DNA of 64,000 nt. Origin: Octopus vulgaris (lineage: Eukaryota). Both the position numbers and the translations under genes were made by a program. Location of the stretch: NCBI GenBank assembly GCA_951406725.2, contig OX597823.1, positions 74,152,001-74,216,000 of the forward strand, in the 5' to 3' direction. Every line of letters begins with the position of its first letter. The first letter of the stretch is position 1. Shown piece by piece: positions 12,386 to 25,372 of this stretch. The notes beneath the pieces are model-generated. The model was not told the DNA's origin, made no database searches, and saw only the letters and a list, made by a program, of their open reading frames with translations.

Positions 12386-13214
12386 GCTTCAAGAATGAGA
12401 TTTGAAATAGTAGAAGATGAACTGTTTGAAGTAATGCATGAAAAATAAAAATATCGTTTAAATTGGCAGGGGTGCTGAATTAGAGGGATTGGCGAAATAG
12501 CGAAATGTTAAATAAAATATAAAATAAAACAAACTTTTAAGGGATGGAGATTGAGAGGGGTTTCTGAATAAAGTGTTAAAGATTACCGAAAAACATGATA
12601 ATTAACACGAAAGGAAATTATAACAACTGGGAAACTGTTTTGGAGGAATGGTCAATGGTTCAAAGGAAATGAAGGCAAATAAAAATAAAATAAATCAAAT
12701 AAGATAAGAATGAAGACAAAATGAGAAAAAAATGGCAAAAACAGAAAAGAAATTAAGAATGTTGTTGGGGATATAAATAACATTATATTTGAAAAAAAAT
12801 AACGGAAAAATATTGGGTAAAAACGATCGCCAAAAATGGTTTCAAAAATGTTTCTGAAAAAGATTATGTGAAGATAACGGGGTACATGAAAGCGTAAAGA
12901 TATAGAACTGGATCATAAATTTTTTATCGAACTTTTTCCAATCATGCCCTATGACTAGAAAACTATAAAAATAAATAGTATGTTAACACCATCAATATTC
13001 CAGTCACAACTGGCCCGAAGATCTGGTGCATCTGCAGATGAAATTCAGAATAACAAGGGATTGATTCAACCCAATATATATATATTTATTTATATATATA
13101 AGTATATATTCAAATATATTAAAACACCCCATCCACATATGCATACATACACACACATATATATTCATGTACTTATACATACATATATATACATACAGAC
13201 ATACACCCCACACA

Positions 13215-13250
<36 letters not shown>

Positions 13251-13339
13251 CGTGACCGACCATGCTGATGTGATAAGATCTGAGATCTACAATGCGCTTG
13301 CATTGTTTTAGCCTTAAAACGCCACCCCATTATAAAGTA

Positions 13340-13390
<51 letters not shown>

Positions 13391-13440
13391 ATAAATTGTA
13401 CATATATGCTGAGTGATAAGATCTGAGATCTACTCTGCAT

Positions 13441-13478
<38 letters not shown>

Positions 13479-13506
13479 ACACACACACACATACAAACAC
13501 ACACAT

Positions 13507-13549
<43 letters not shown>

Positions 13550-14649
13550 ACAAATAAACAAACAAACAAACAGACAGACAGACAGACTGACAGATACACA
13601 CATGTCATAGGAACTTAGAAACTTCAAGAAAACATGATATAGTTCGTTTTTAATTGTTGAACATGTATCTACGTATCTTATGCATGTATGTGGTGGGAAA
13701 TTCATTTTCTCTTGTGATAATGCATCTAGGACTTAAAATGAATTTTAGTTTTGAAAAGAGAAAAAAAAATTAAGAATTTCTTAAAATTCCATATCGGTTT
13801 TAACAATTTTTTTTGTGATAAGTGAAAAATTAAAAACTCGAAAAAATCTTTAAAAGAAAGTCAATGCAGAGGAAAACTTCCCTGACGATAAAAGATGATC
13901 AGTAATCAAATGTTCCATGTTTCACAACAAAGTTATATGATGAAAATGCAAATATTCAATCATTCAGTAACAGGAAATGATGGGTTTCCTAGCAGTAATA
14001 TGTGAGGGAAATTTGAAAGTTGAATAAGTTTTACAGCAATAAATTCTGTTAGAAATTAAATGAAGAATGCACACACACACACACACACATATATATACAC
14101 ACACACATATATAAACACACACGCACGCTCGAACATATATATGCGTATATATATATATAGACATACATGTGTGTCTGTGTATGTATATGTGTATATATAT
14201 GTATATATATATATATATATATCACTATCTATCTATATGTCTGTCTGTCTGTCTGTTTGTATATTGATCTATCTATCTATATGTGTGTTTTAAGATAAGT
14301 TCAGACCTGATCAGCTACTTACTGAAAGACGTTATTTATTTTTCTCCGCCTGTGATCCATCGTTCTGGTTGACTGGCCATCTGAGTACGACATTTATTTA
14401 TCATATGTCCTTGTCACTTATTCTTGTTCGGCAGTAGTCCAGCATTCCGGTTCACTAACTCGCTTAGGACGTCATTTGTTTATCTGATGTTCACTTGTTC
14501 TTTTTCCAAATTTTCCTAACATTCTAGTTGGTCAAGTCGCGGGTGACACCAGCATATCGAATCTTAAAGTAAGACCGTTACCTGAACTTTGGTTTAGCGA
14601 TTCTTATTCTTGTTGCTTTCAGTTGCTTTGTTGAGTCGAATATTCATTC

Positions 14650-15260
14650 ATAGCATTGTATTGCTAGAAAGTATTTAGTTCTGGTTTATTGTTCTTAATA
14701 AACATAGTTTCCATATTTAGTTGGAATAAAGCCGAGGCGTTCGCGATGCTTTGATATAAAAGGAAAATTTGATATTTGGGATGTTTGTTGAGAAAAGATC
14801 TCGAGGTTTATACGTGGGTATTTTTTCTGATCATGGGAGCTCGTACCTGTTGGTGGTGTACTGTTATTATTTGTGTGGGAGTAAAACCCATTTTCCCTAT
14901 GCAGTCAACAACAGAGCCACCATATTTGATAACATAAATTAAACTTCTTGAAGCACATGTGATATAACTTTTTATGGTAATTATCCTGATTTAAATTCCT
15001 ACGTCAAGTTTGTCTTGAGGTTGATGCCGATTCCAAATTAGCACTTCACTTTTGGATTATTCGGGTTGTAATTTCTGTGGGTAATTCAGCACTGGTAAGT
15101 AAGCCCTTTAATGATTTAAATCGTATTTCACTCTTAATTATTTTGTTTGTTTTGAGTGTTATTTTCATTCATGGGTCATTTATCAAAAGAGGGATATTTT
15201 GCAGGATGATATATAATTATTTGTTTCCTGGGTATAGGATTTAGTTGGATGTTCTGACAG
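14650..15260 (-). pseudogene. Decayed Penelope-like element, RT-linker to GIY-YIG endonuclease region
   Basis: Broken frames give IILQNIPLLINDP*MKITLKTNKIIKS..., then CIGKMG...TVHHQQVR... and PKYQIF, similar to Penelope C-terminal regions; many stops and frameshifts. Confidence 0.55.
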
Positions 15261-15687
15261 TGATGAAGTCTATATAAAATGATATAAATAACATACGCGG
15301 TTAAACGTGCGCATGCACATATATTTATTATATATACATGTAGATGAATTTATGCATACATAGGCATATACGTATATATATATACGCATATTCACACATA
15401 TATACATATAGATGTATAAATACACAACTATAAATATTTATATGTTAATACGCATATATATGTATATATGTATGCATATTTGTATCTATCTATATATCTA
15501 TATATACTACGTGTGTATGTGTGATCATGCATACATAATTTTCTAATATATTCTAAGAAATACGTTGCAAGAATTCCAATATACGAATATATTTAGTGAA
15601 CGTTTTATATTGCATGTTATGAACTGACATCAATTATATTGACTTAAAATACACATAAATTGAAATAAGTGTACCAAAACATCACCA

Positions 15688-15705
15688 TACTACTACTACT
15701 ACTAC

Positions 15706-15755
<50 letters not shown>
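15688..15755. repeat. Inverted microsatellite (TAC)6(TAG)16
   Basis: The repeat switches to its own reverse complement at actagt (15704-15709). Confidence 0.9.
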
Positions 15756-16463
15756 ACTGAATGTGGGAAAACTCCCAAAAATATTATTCACTTCAGTAAT
15801 TTGAAATATGATTGAAAGTCCAACTGTTTTACTGAACAAACTACAATGTTTCCCATTAATTAATGTTGCTGAAACGTCCTGTCTTGGTAACTTTTCAATA
15901 AGAGAATAAAAGTTAACTCCACATAACCGTCTAACTAAACTTTACTTACTTTGTCAGTCAAATTACGTGTGTGTGTATGTACGTATATATATATATATAA
16001 CTCGAAGCGTTCCTGTCACAATCTGAACCTGACGAATGCTTAAATGCAAGAAAGTATACTAGTTCAATGAGAATAGACATTTAATATTAAATTTTCAATA
16101 TTTCATTTGTTCAGTAAGACAATCAATACTTTAATCCATTTCTTTCTTGCTATATATTCTATATCCTATATTAATATTATAAGAATATAAATAAAACAAA
16201 AAACAGAGTTGGAATTCCTTTGAGTAATATATTCTTCTATACACAATAACACAAACCCCTTTGTATATATTCATATATATGCATATATATATATAAGGAG
16301 TATTATGAGCATTTATAGAACACAGTCCTATATCAACTCAACAAACAATTAAAGATGGGGAAAAGAAAATGTTAAAAGTTTGATAACATCTTAATCCATG
16401 CATACGAATCTCTATTAGAAATCTAACTATAGAGCCCCCAAAGTAATATTGTTCTAATTGAAC

Positions 16464-16522
<59 letters not shown>

Positions 16523-17140
16523 GCAAATTGATTGATCTGCGTAAAAAGGTCAACAAGAAGAGTACTCCAGTACTCCATCTAATGAGAATCCATTATTAAT
16601 GTATGCGTTTCACTCCACGTGTATTACATGCGCTCCAATTAGTTTCACGTATATTACAGGGATGTTCATCAGGCGCCAATTATTATATGAAAGCAAGAGG
16701 ACCGGGTGAGAAGCGATGCTAAAGCAAATCATATTTAATGGAAGATTCCACTACAGATCAGCTACCAAACTGAACCGATGCAGAGCGTTCAGATAAATTT
16801 AAATCGAACAAACATAAAAAAATAAAGTAAAATGATAAGGTTATAAATTATAAAAAATTATAAAAATTTAATTACATTATAAATGTGTCAATATATAAAA
16901 TATGAATATATATATAGATCTACAGATAATTGAAAGGCTATAGAAATGTATTCAAATACACAAGATATATACAATACATAAATTATACAGGTGTATAAAA
17001 ATATAAAAATGTACATAAATTGCATAAAATAATAAGTGGGAAAACTCTATGGTCTGTTATAAATGTTTATAATTGTACTATATAAAAATAAAAATTACAA
17101 AAGGAAAAAAAATGGAAAAAATATAATGCAAATATAAATA

Positions 17141-17480
17141 GGAAGAGACTCCCTTCAGTCATGAATGACGATTGGATTGCACCTAGAAAGTTACCCTCCG
17201 AGGCACAAGTCAAGGCAAGATTGTTTGTGGAAGGCCAGCAGTTGCCAATGCATACCAGCCTCCCCTCTCCACACCACTGAAGTTATCCAAGGGAAAAGCA
17301 AAATTCTATACAGCTTGGCACCTATGACATCGCAACTCATTTCTAAAGCTGAATTAACTGGAGCAACGTGAAGTAAAGTGTCTTGCTCAAGAACACCACA
17401 CACAGCCCGGTCCGGTAATCGAACTCACATCCTCACGATCGTAAGCTCTACACTCTAACCACTAAGCCCTGCGCCTTTAC
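17141..17480 (-). mobile_element. Family-C tRNA-derived SINE with 16-bp TSD
   Basis: Head aggcgcagggcttagtggttagagtg...gagttcgattacc; TSD aatg(c/t)aaatataaata at 17125-17140 and 17481-17496. Confidence 0.88.
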
Positions 17481-18109
17481 AATGTAAATATAAATATTAG
17501 ATATAAATCGACACAATGAAAGAAGAAACTATATATTCTTAGAATGTAGAAAAAATGACCAATCAATCTGGAATCGGTGGAATCTTCCAATTTTTTAAGA
17601 TATATTTAGGCATGTGTTTACATCCACTAAAAAACCCTGACCTCGAGTTCAATATCGAGTTCGGAATCTCGGATCTGCGCCCTTTCGGCCAAGGAATGCA
17701 TACATCTATTAGATCCATTGGTGTATGGTTTAGACCTTACTATTATTCTCCAGTTGATCACTTATGGTAAATTTTTCTCTTTCATGGCCCAAAGGTAGCT
17801 CGCCAACTTTGTGTTTTTGCTTTTCTCACTGTGGAAGAATAACACCATATGGTTAGCGTAGCATTAAAAAAATTCCTTCATATAATTCGATGTATGTTCT
17901 TTTATCGGTTGTGTTACTGCTATTAAGGGTTGCCGAGACCTCTGCTCCGTATATAATGAACTTCGTCAGGCACTGCTGGCCCAGCGGACAGTCCTAAGAG
18001 CTTGAGGGCGCATCGGTGGGAAACCGAAGTCACTAGACAGACTTTCAGTTTCAGTTTCAATAAAAGTACCACATTCTCATTCGTCATGCATAAACCAGCG
18101 TGCATATCT

Positions 18110-18428
18110 TTTATTTGTTTCAGTCATTAGACTGCCACCATATTGGAGTACCATCTTGAAGAACTATTAATTGAATTAATGGACATCAGTAGTTTTTTTT
18201 TAATCCGGAAACGATCTGCGTAGCCGAAACGTTAAGGTTCGGGGACATAAACGCACAAACACCGGTTGCAGTGGTGGGAGACAAACACAGACACAAAGAA
18301 ACACAAACACACAAGCACAAACACATATATACATACACAAACATACACACACACATACACACGTGATAGGGTTCTTTCAGTTTCTGTTTGCCAAATCCAC
18401 TTACAAAAACTTGGGGCTATAGAAGACA
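18110..18428 (-). mobile_element. 5'-truncated family-B SINE abutting a mariner fragment
   Basis: gtttcagtcattagactgcc...ttctttcagtttctgtttgccaaatccac...gctatagaagacac. Confidence 0.75.
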
Positions 18429-18844
18429 CTACAGTTTCCAGCTCATCATTATACACGTAGGTGTCAGGTTTACCACTGTGCTCATTTCCATGAGCAAAGG
18501 TACCAGACTGGAACTTCTCAAACCATCGACGTACAGTGCGCTCATTCGCCACATCTGCAGCAAACACCTCATTGATGTTTCGAGGTGGTTGGAATGCATT
18601 AGTTTCACGGAAGAACTCATATTCATAAACAACACGAATTTTTGATCTGTTCATGGGTTCACAAAAGTTGCTTTACAAAGAGAAAATTCACAATATAATC
18701 AGAAACCATGAATTGCATTTCGAAAAGTGATGATGTAATTCTTCAATGTTGTAAAACAAAGAATTTTCAGGCTAAAACATTAGGGTTAACGATTGTCAAA
18801 CTTAGTGCAGAAGAAAATCGGACCTTTTATTCTTAATGACCTGA
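18428..18844 (-). mobile_element. Mariner 5' fragment (TIR and transposase N-terminal HTH)
   Basis: MNRSKIRVVYEYEF...RNINEVF...ANERTVRRWFEKFQSG is a mariner HTH; a TIR-like end tcaggtcattaagaataaaaggtccgattt lies next to TA. Confidence 0.85.
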
Positions 18845-19353
18845 TACATACATACATACTTACATACATAAATACATACATACATACATACACACACATA
18901 CATACACACACACAAACACACACACACATACATATATATATACATATATATATATATGTATATGTATATGCATACACACACATATACATACATATATACA
19001 TACGTACATACATAAATGCATATATATATTTGTGTGTGTGAGTATGTGAGTGCGCGTACTTGTGTGTGTGTATGTGTGTGTGTGTGTAAGTCTAACTGTG
19101 TATGTTACTATCTATCTCATTTCCTTCTCTGTCAATCTGTCTCTGTATATGTAAGTATACAAAATAACGAAGAATGGTAAGCAGACCATCTTTAAAAGTT
19201 ATTTAATTGAAATCATTTTTTGAATATTAATTCCAACACGTCAAATTTTGCTGTGTAATAGTTTGTGAATCGTCGATTTATATTAATTTAATTGTAGACA
19301 TAGTAATTTAATTGTAGACTTAGTAAACGCAATTAATTGCTCAAATGTAAATT

Positions 19354-19419
<66 letters not shown>

Positions 19420-19434
19420 ATAATAATAATAATA

Positions 19435-20672
19435 ATAATGCGTAATACCGTGAGGTTTTACCGTACTAAATTATAATTTAGGATATCTACGAGTTACCGC
19501 CATGCTGAAAATAATAGCTATCAGGATGGAGGGGGATAATAATCATAATGTTACTGGGATATACTTGAAACAAACGTCTTTGTATCAATTTTAGAAACGA
19601 TAATATTAAGAAATAAAGCCTCAGAAATAATAATAATAAATACAAGGTGGCGAGCTGGCAGATCCCATACCGTTAGCACACCGGGCGAAATTGAGCGACC
19701 TAGACGGTGAATTTCACGAGACACCAAATATATTAAACTATAATACAGATAATATTTATCGGGCAACACCTAGCTGCTCTCAGAACAGTAAATAATACTT
19801 CTGCCAATAATAATCATAATGTTACTAATAACCCCTACCCTAAACAAACGTCTTTGCAATTTTAGAAACGATAACCAATGTCCACGTGAGAAATAAAAAC
19901 CTCAGAAATAATAAATACAATGACGAAATACATTTTTAATTTATATAAATAAGGATAGATCGATCAATTAAATATCGATCTTATCAAGTGGCCAGCATGG
20001 AAATAAAAACCTTCAAAGGTAATAATTATTATTAAAATTATAATTTAGCGTATCTACGAGATACCGCCATGCTGAAAATAGCAGCCAAAATTTCACTCTG
20101 AAACCACATTAAATGTTCATACAGCACAAGGAGAGAAGACAAAAAGACAAAATAAAACTAGCAGAAAATTACTGGATAATTCCAGATTCCGGATTTCTGA
20201 CTTTGCATTAAGAAAATGCTTTGCCTCCTATAAATTTTAAATTTATTTCGTTATTGTATTTACTGCGGTGATGTTTTAAACATATCGCACGAGAGGTTAC
20301 GAAGCGGGCAATTTAAACTGGTCGTGTTGCATACATATGTATGTATACGTTCGTATATGTAAGTATTCGTATGTTGTATGTATATATATGTGTATTTATG
20401 TTACTTTCTGCGTATATTCCACCTATGAGACAAAGCATTTCTTAATGCAAAGTCAGAAATCCGGGATCTGGAATTATCCAGTAATTTTCTGCTAGTTTTA
20501 TTTTGTCTTTTTGTCTTCTCTCCTTGTGCTGTAATGAACATTTAATGTGGTTTCAGAGTCAGATTTTGGCTGCTATTTTTAGCATGGCGGTATCTCGTAG
20601 ATATCCTAAATTATAATTTAGTATATATTTAGTATATTTAGTACGGTAACACCTCACGGTATTACGCATTGT
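19435..20672. repeat. Local inverted plus direct duplication complex
   Basis: 20035-20232 is the reverse complement of 20423-20620; 19435-19510 mirrors about 20575-20672; 19536-19645 is repeated at 19805-19920. Confidence 0.85.
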
Positions 20673-21358
20673 TAAGCTGTTTTCTGCTCTACAAACTTTA
20701 AAAGGAGTAAATAATAATTTTTCTTCTTTTACAAATGAGAAAAGAAATGAATTGTATGACTGTAAGCTCATTTTGACTTTAATAGATAAAGTACTAAACA
20801 TAATATTAAATTGTCAATTATAAGTCTTGCTTTGCCCTGTACTAGTGGCAATCATAAATGTGATCTTTGCCTTGAAGAGATACTCCACATCATTATCTCT
20901 AAATGCGTTATTAAACTATGGAAATGAACTAGCGATAAAATGTTTGCATTCATATAGAAAAAACATTTAGATACTTTGTGAATAAGTAGTTTTAGTACGA
21001 ATTTACTTAGATAGGAGGAATACGTAACCCTAGTCAAATATTTTCAAATTGATTTAATATAGGTTTAACTAAATGACACTAATTCTACAATTTTCAAACC
21101 ATTGAAATGACCTTTCGATTATTGTTTTTTTTTTATAATAATATACATTATTCTCTTAGATATTGATTTTATTCAATTATTACGGATATGTCCCGTTGCC
21201 CTATGACAGCAATATTAGATTAATTAAATGCCTCTTTATTGTAGCTTTTAAATCTGCTCGTTCGCTTTATGCAGTTTTTAGCATGAACGGTGTTGTGTAG
21301 ACGCTCCCAGACAATAAGTAGGCTAGTCCAATACGTATAGATAGTGGACGTGATGGGG

Positions 21359-23345
21359 AAGCGTCGCGTAGATCGATTACAAGTATATCATTGTTTGGTT
21401 CCGGTTAGACGTAAGTCACATTGTTGATTAATTATGGAAGATCTCCCGCAAGGGTGAACCTATTGTTTAAACTTTACTGCTGAATTTTTTGAATTGTTGG
21501 TTGCTGTGTTGTGTAATTGTTTTCTTCCCCATTTATGGGTGAAATAGTGAAAAAAAGGAAGGATGGAAAGCGAATGATTCCCAGCCGGCAGCTATGCTGC
21601 AACCACTGGACGAAGTTTAACTGCAGACGCGCTACAGGTTCTAGAAGTGAAGATGGAGGAAAAGAAGCTAAAGGAATTTAATAGACTGATTGAGAAAGAG
21701 GGAGCCAGTTTAAGGTTGACCCCACCACAAGAGGTGACAGCGAGCGTAACTAAGAGGAGATTAGTATATAGAACGCTGTCGACGACAACGAACAGATTTG
21801 AAATAGCTAATGTGGAAATGGAATAGAAGAGGACACATTGGAAATAATTGAAATTAAGGTAAAACCAAGGAAAATGAAGGAATGTGAGAGGTTGCTGGAG
21901 AAAAAGGGAGATATGTTGAAGTTGATTACGCCTGCAGAACTGACAAGCAAAGTTACAAAACGAACAGTTATATTTAAAACGATGAAAATAGCAACGAGAA
22001 AGATAGAGATTGCAACAGTGGAGGAAATTGAAGAGTGTTTGAAAAGCATAAAAAAAAACTGAGGACATTCATAACAAGAGGAAGGAGGTATGCCACCGTG
22101 GAGGTGCGCTTTGCGACAGCGGAAGGTGCAATTAAGCACGCAACGGAGGCAATAAGATCGGAGGAGTGGGTGCTTTTGCCTTCATACTGTGGCAAACGTG
22201 TGGCCAGAGTGCGAGTAGGCAAAATACACCCAGAACTAAAGGAAACATGGCTGATGACAACCATAATGTTCAACATGAAAGATGAGGCCAAGATACTGAA
22301 GGCCACAGGGACACATAGAATCAAATACTGGGGATATGAGATCGAGCTCACTATCCAGGCAACAACAGAAGACTTAAATCGGATTGCTGAGGAGATAGTG
22401 CTGCCAGATGACTTGAGATTGAGAGTGGTGGTGAAGGCAGGCCGCCCGTATGTTTTGCATGTGGGGAGAAAGGCCAGATGTAGGCGAGGTGCCCACAGAG
22501 AACAGACGAAGCAGAAAAGTATGAACCAGGTAGTACAAGTAGAGATGGAGGAATAAACAGTGGAGGAGTGATTCATGGTGGTGGCAAGAAAAAGAAGTGG
22601 AAGTGTGAGCTCGTAGCCAGGGAAGCAGAAAAAGACGAAAGAAGAGGTGGAAACGAAAGCTGCGACCAGAAGGAAGGAAGACAAATGGGTGGCGGAGAAA
22701 GAAAGTGAAAAAGTAATTGGAAAAGTGTGCACGAATGAGTTACAGAAAAAGGAAACAGTGTTGAAGACGCCGGTTATCTCATGGGAAGAGAAAGATTCAG
22801 GAGTGCAACTGTACGAGGGTGAAATGAAGAAATTGTTCAGAGCGGAGATGTAAAAGGAAAAGGTACCAGAAGTGAAAGTAGAAAAGAGAAGACCAAGAAG
22901 AGGTAAAAATAAATGGAATTTCGTTACATATGCAAAAAACAAAGAGACGGAAAGAAAAATTTTTTAATTTAAGCATATCATAAGAGTGAGGTTACCCACG
23001 GATATGTATTCGGAAAATGTGAAGGCCATTGTGGTCGACAAAGACACATACAAAAGACTGAGAGACATGTGGGGAGACAAGATTGACCCACCCGGAGCGT
23101 TGGTGGATTTCGACGAACTGCCACCCGTAGTTGAACTAAGAGACTTGGAGCCTTTCATGAGGTATTAAAAGGTAAAAGAAAAAGAATAAGTAAAATTGTT
23201 TTATTGAAAGGAAAAAGTGTTTCATGTAAAAAATAAGCAAAAAAAAAATGATTAAGAAAAAACAATAGAAAAATAGAACGATTGTAAATAGTGTGTATAA
23301 ACATTCATATGTGTTGCGGCCGTGGTGCCAAATAAAGAAATAAGC
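21359..23345 (+). mobile_element. ORF1/gag-only retroelement, unit 1 (two juxtaposed N-termini, frameshifted ORF with CCHC knuckle)
   Basis: SYAATTGRSL...; RGRRYATVEVRF...LLPSYCGKRVARVRVG; shifted frame at 22433-22495 EGRPPVCFACGEKGQM*ARCP (CX2CX4HX4C-like, as in L1/Tx1 ORF1); ends aataaagaaata; no RT sequence. Confidence 0.72.
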
Positions 23346-23887
23346 GTTCAGAGACCGTTATTTGGGTGTTTATTACTGTTCGAATTGTTGATATTGTGAA
23401 TTGTTGTTATTTTTCCCATTGAGGGGAATATGGAAAAAGCGCCGGCGGGTGGCCGCAGCTATGCGGCCGCAACTGGAATGCAATAGAAGAGGGAACGTTG
23501 GAAATAATTGAAATTAAGGTAGAACCAAGGAAAATGAAGGAATGTGAGAGGTTACTGGAGAAAGAGGGAGATGCATTGAAGTTAACGCCACCTGCATAAC
23601 TGTTGAAAGAAAAAAAAAGGAAAAAGTGTTTCATGTAAAAAAAAAGAGAAAACAAAAATGATTTAAAAAGGCATTAGAAAAAATAGAACGATTGTAAATA
23701 GTGTGTATAAATGTTCAAATGGTACTGAATGAGAATGGGGCCCATACAGCCATTTCATTTTTTTCATTTTTATATAATATTTTATTCTCATTCGTTTCAT
23801 GTTTTATCTCCCCATTGTGGTGTTGTGTTTGTCCTTGTAGTGTCCCCCTCTGCGTTGTGGCCGCAACGCGAGTTTAAGAAATAAGCG
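23346..23887 (+). mobile_element. ORF1-only element, unit 2 (internally deleted)
   Basis: 23475-23600 closely matches 21820-21942; 23605-23720 matches 23204-23312; ends taagaaataagcg. Confidence 0.75.
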
Positions 23888-25321
23888 TCGCGCAGATTTT
23901 TTAGTTGTGTTGTTGATTTGGTTGGACAGTAGCGTTGTTGTTGCGAGCTGTGAGTTATTTTACTCTGAATTTTTGAAACTGTTATATTGTTGGAATTTTG
24001 TTAATTATTATTGTATTTGTTTTTTTCTTCCCCATTTTTGTGTGAAGATATGGAAGTTGGCAGTTACGCTGCGGTAGCAGGCAAAAGCCTGTCGGCCGAC
24101 ATACTGCAGCTGAAAGAAGTGAAGTGAGAAAGCAAACATTTTTAAAAGTTTAATGGACTGTTTGAGAAGGAGGGGAATTGCCTCCGGTTAACGCCACCTG
24201 TTGAATTTTTGCAAGAAGCCGAAAAAAATTATAGTTTATCATACGTTGAACCTAAACGTGTGGAAGTAGCAGAGATTGAAGCCACTGAAGATTGTATGCG
24301 GGAAGTCAAAGGAGTGACGACATTCTACGTCAAGGAAGGAAATACGGCACAGTGGAAGTGCGATTCGTGAACGAAGAAGAAGTAAAAAAGGTACTCCACT
24401 GTGCTTTTGAGAACGGCCAAGTGGGCATTCTTGCCATCCTACTGCGGAAAACGAGTCGCAAGAGTCAGGATAGGGAGAGTGTCCCCGGAAATAGACGAGG
24501 TGGGTAGTGGCAGCGATCCTCTATAACTGTGGAAAGGAAGCAGAAGTAACTAAGGTGGAAAAGTCTAATGAGATAAATTAATAGGGCTATGGGCTAGAAG
24601 TGGTGGTCCATATAACCCTACCAGACTTGCATAAAATAGTAGAGGAGCTGGTGCTGCTCCTATATGTTATAATTGTTGAAGTAGGGGACACATGCAGGCG
24701 AAATGTCCCCATAAGCAGGAGGAATTGGAGAAAAATCAGGCAGAGATGGCAATGGCAGTGGAAGAAGGTAGAATAAACAGTGGCAAACAAGAAAAATGAC
24801 AAGTGCGGAGTCACCGCCAAAAAGCCCGAAACAAAAAAAGAGAAATGCGGCAAAAACACAAGAGAAAGAGGAAGAGTGTGTAATTCGAACCCTGGAACCG
24901 GAACCGACAACATGTAGGAGTCAAGAAGAGAGATATGAGAGGTGGAGGAAGAGGATAAGAGAAAAATATGGCAAACGAGGCAGACAAGGCAGCCGAGAGG
25001 ACAGACTTTAAGAATGATGGTGATTTATAAGAATGTGGAGATTGAAAAAGGATTGCGAAAGTAAAAAAAAAAAAATTAACAAGAGTAAATTTTCTGTTTG
25101 ATAGACGGAATTTTCTAGTTAACTAAAACATTTGAAACTTCGTATACTGGTAGAATGTGTCAAAAGAAAACATTATTGCAAACAAAATTGTAATTCGTAA
25201 CTTAAACGTAGTTTAATTTTACGAATTTTAACCAATGAAATCCCAACATCTTCGAATTTAACCATTGAAATCCCAGCATTGCTGCGTTATCGATATTGAT
25301 AAAGAAATATAGCAGACGCTC

Positions 25322-25372
<51 letters not shown>

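Noticed and set aside
21974-22942. 322-aa minus-strand ORF, the longest in the window
   Set aside because: Antisense shadow of the purine-rich plus-strand ORF1 relic; F/S/L-rich with no motifs.
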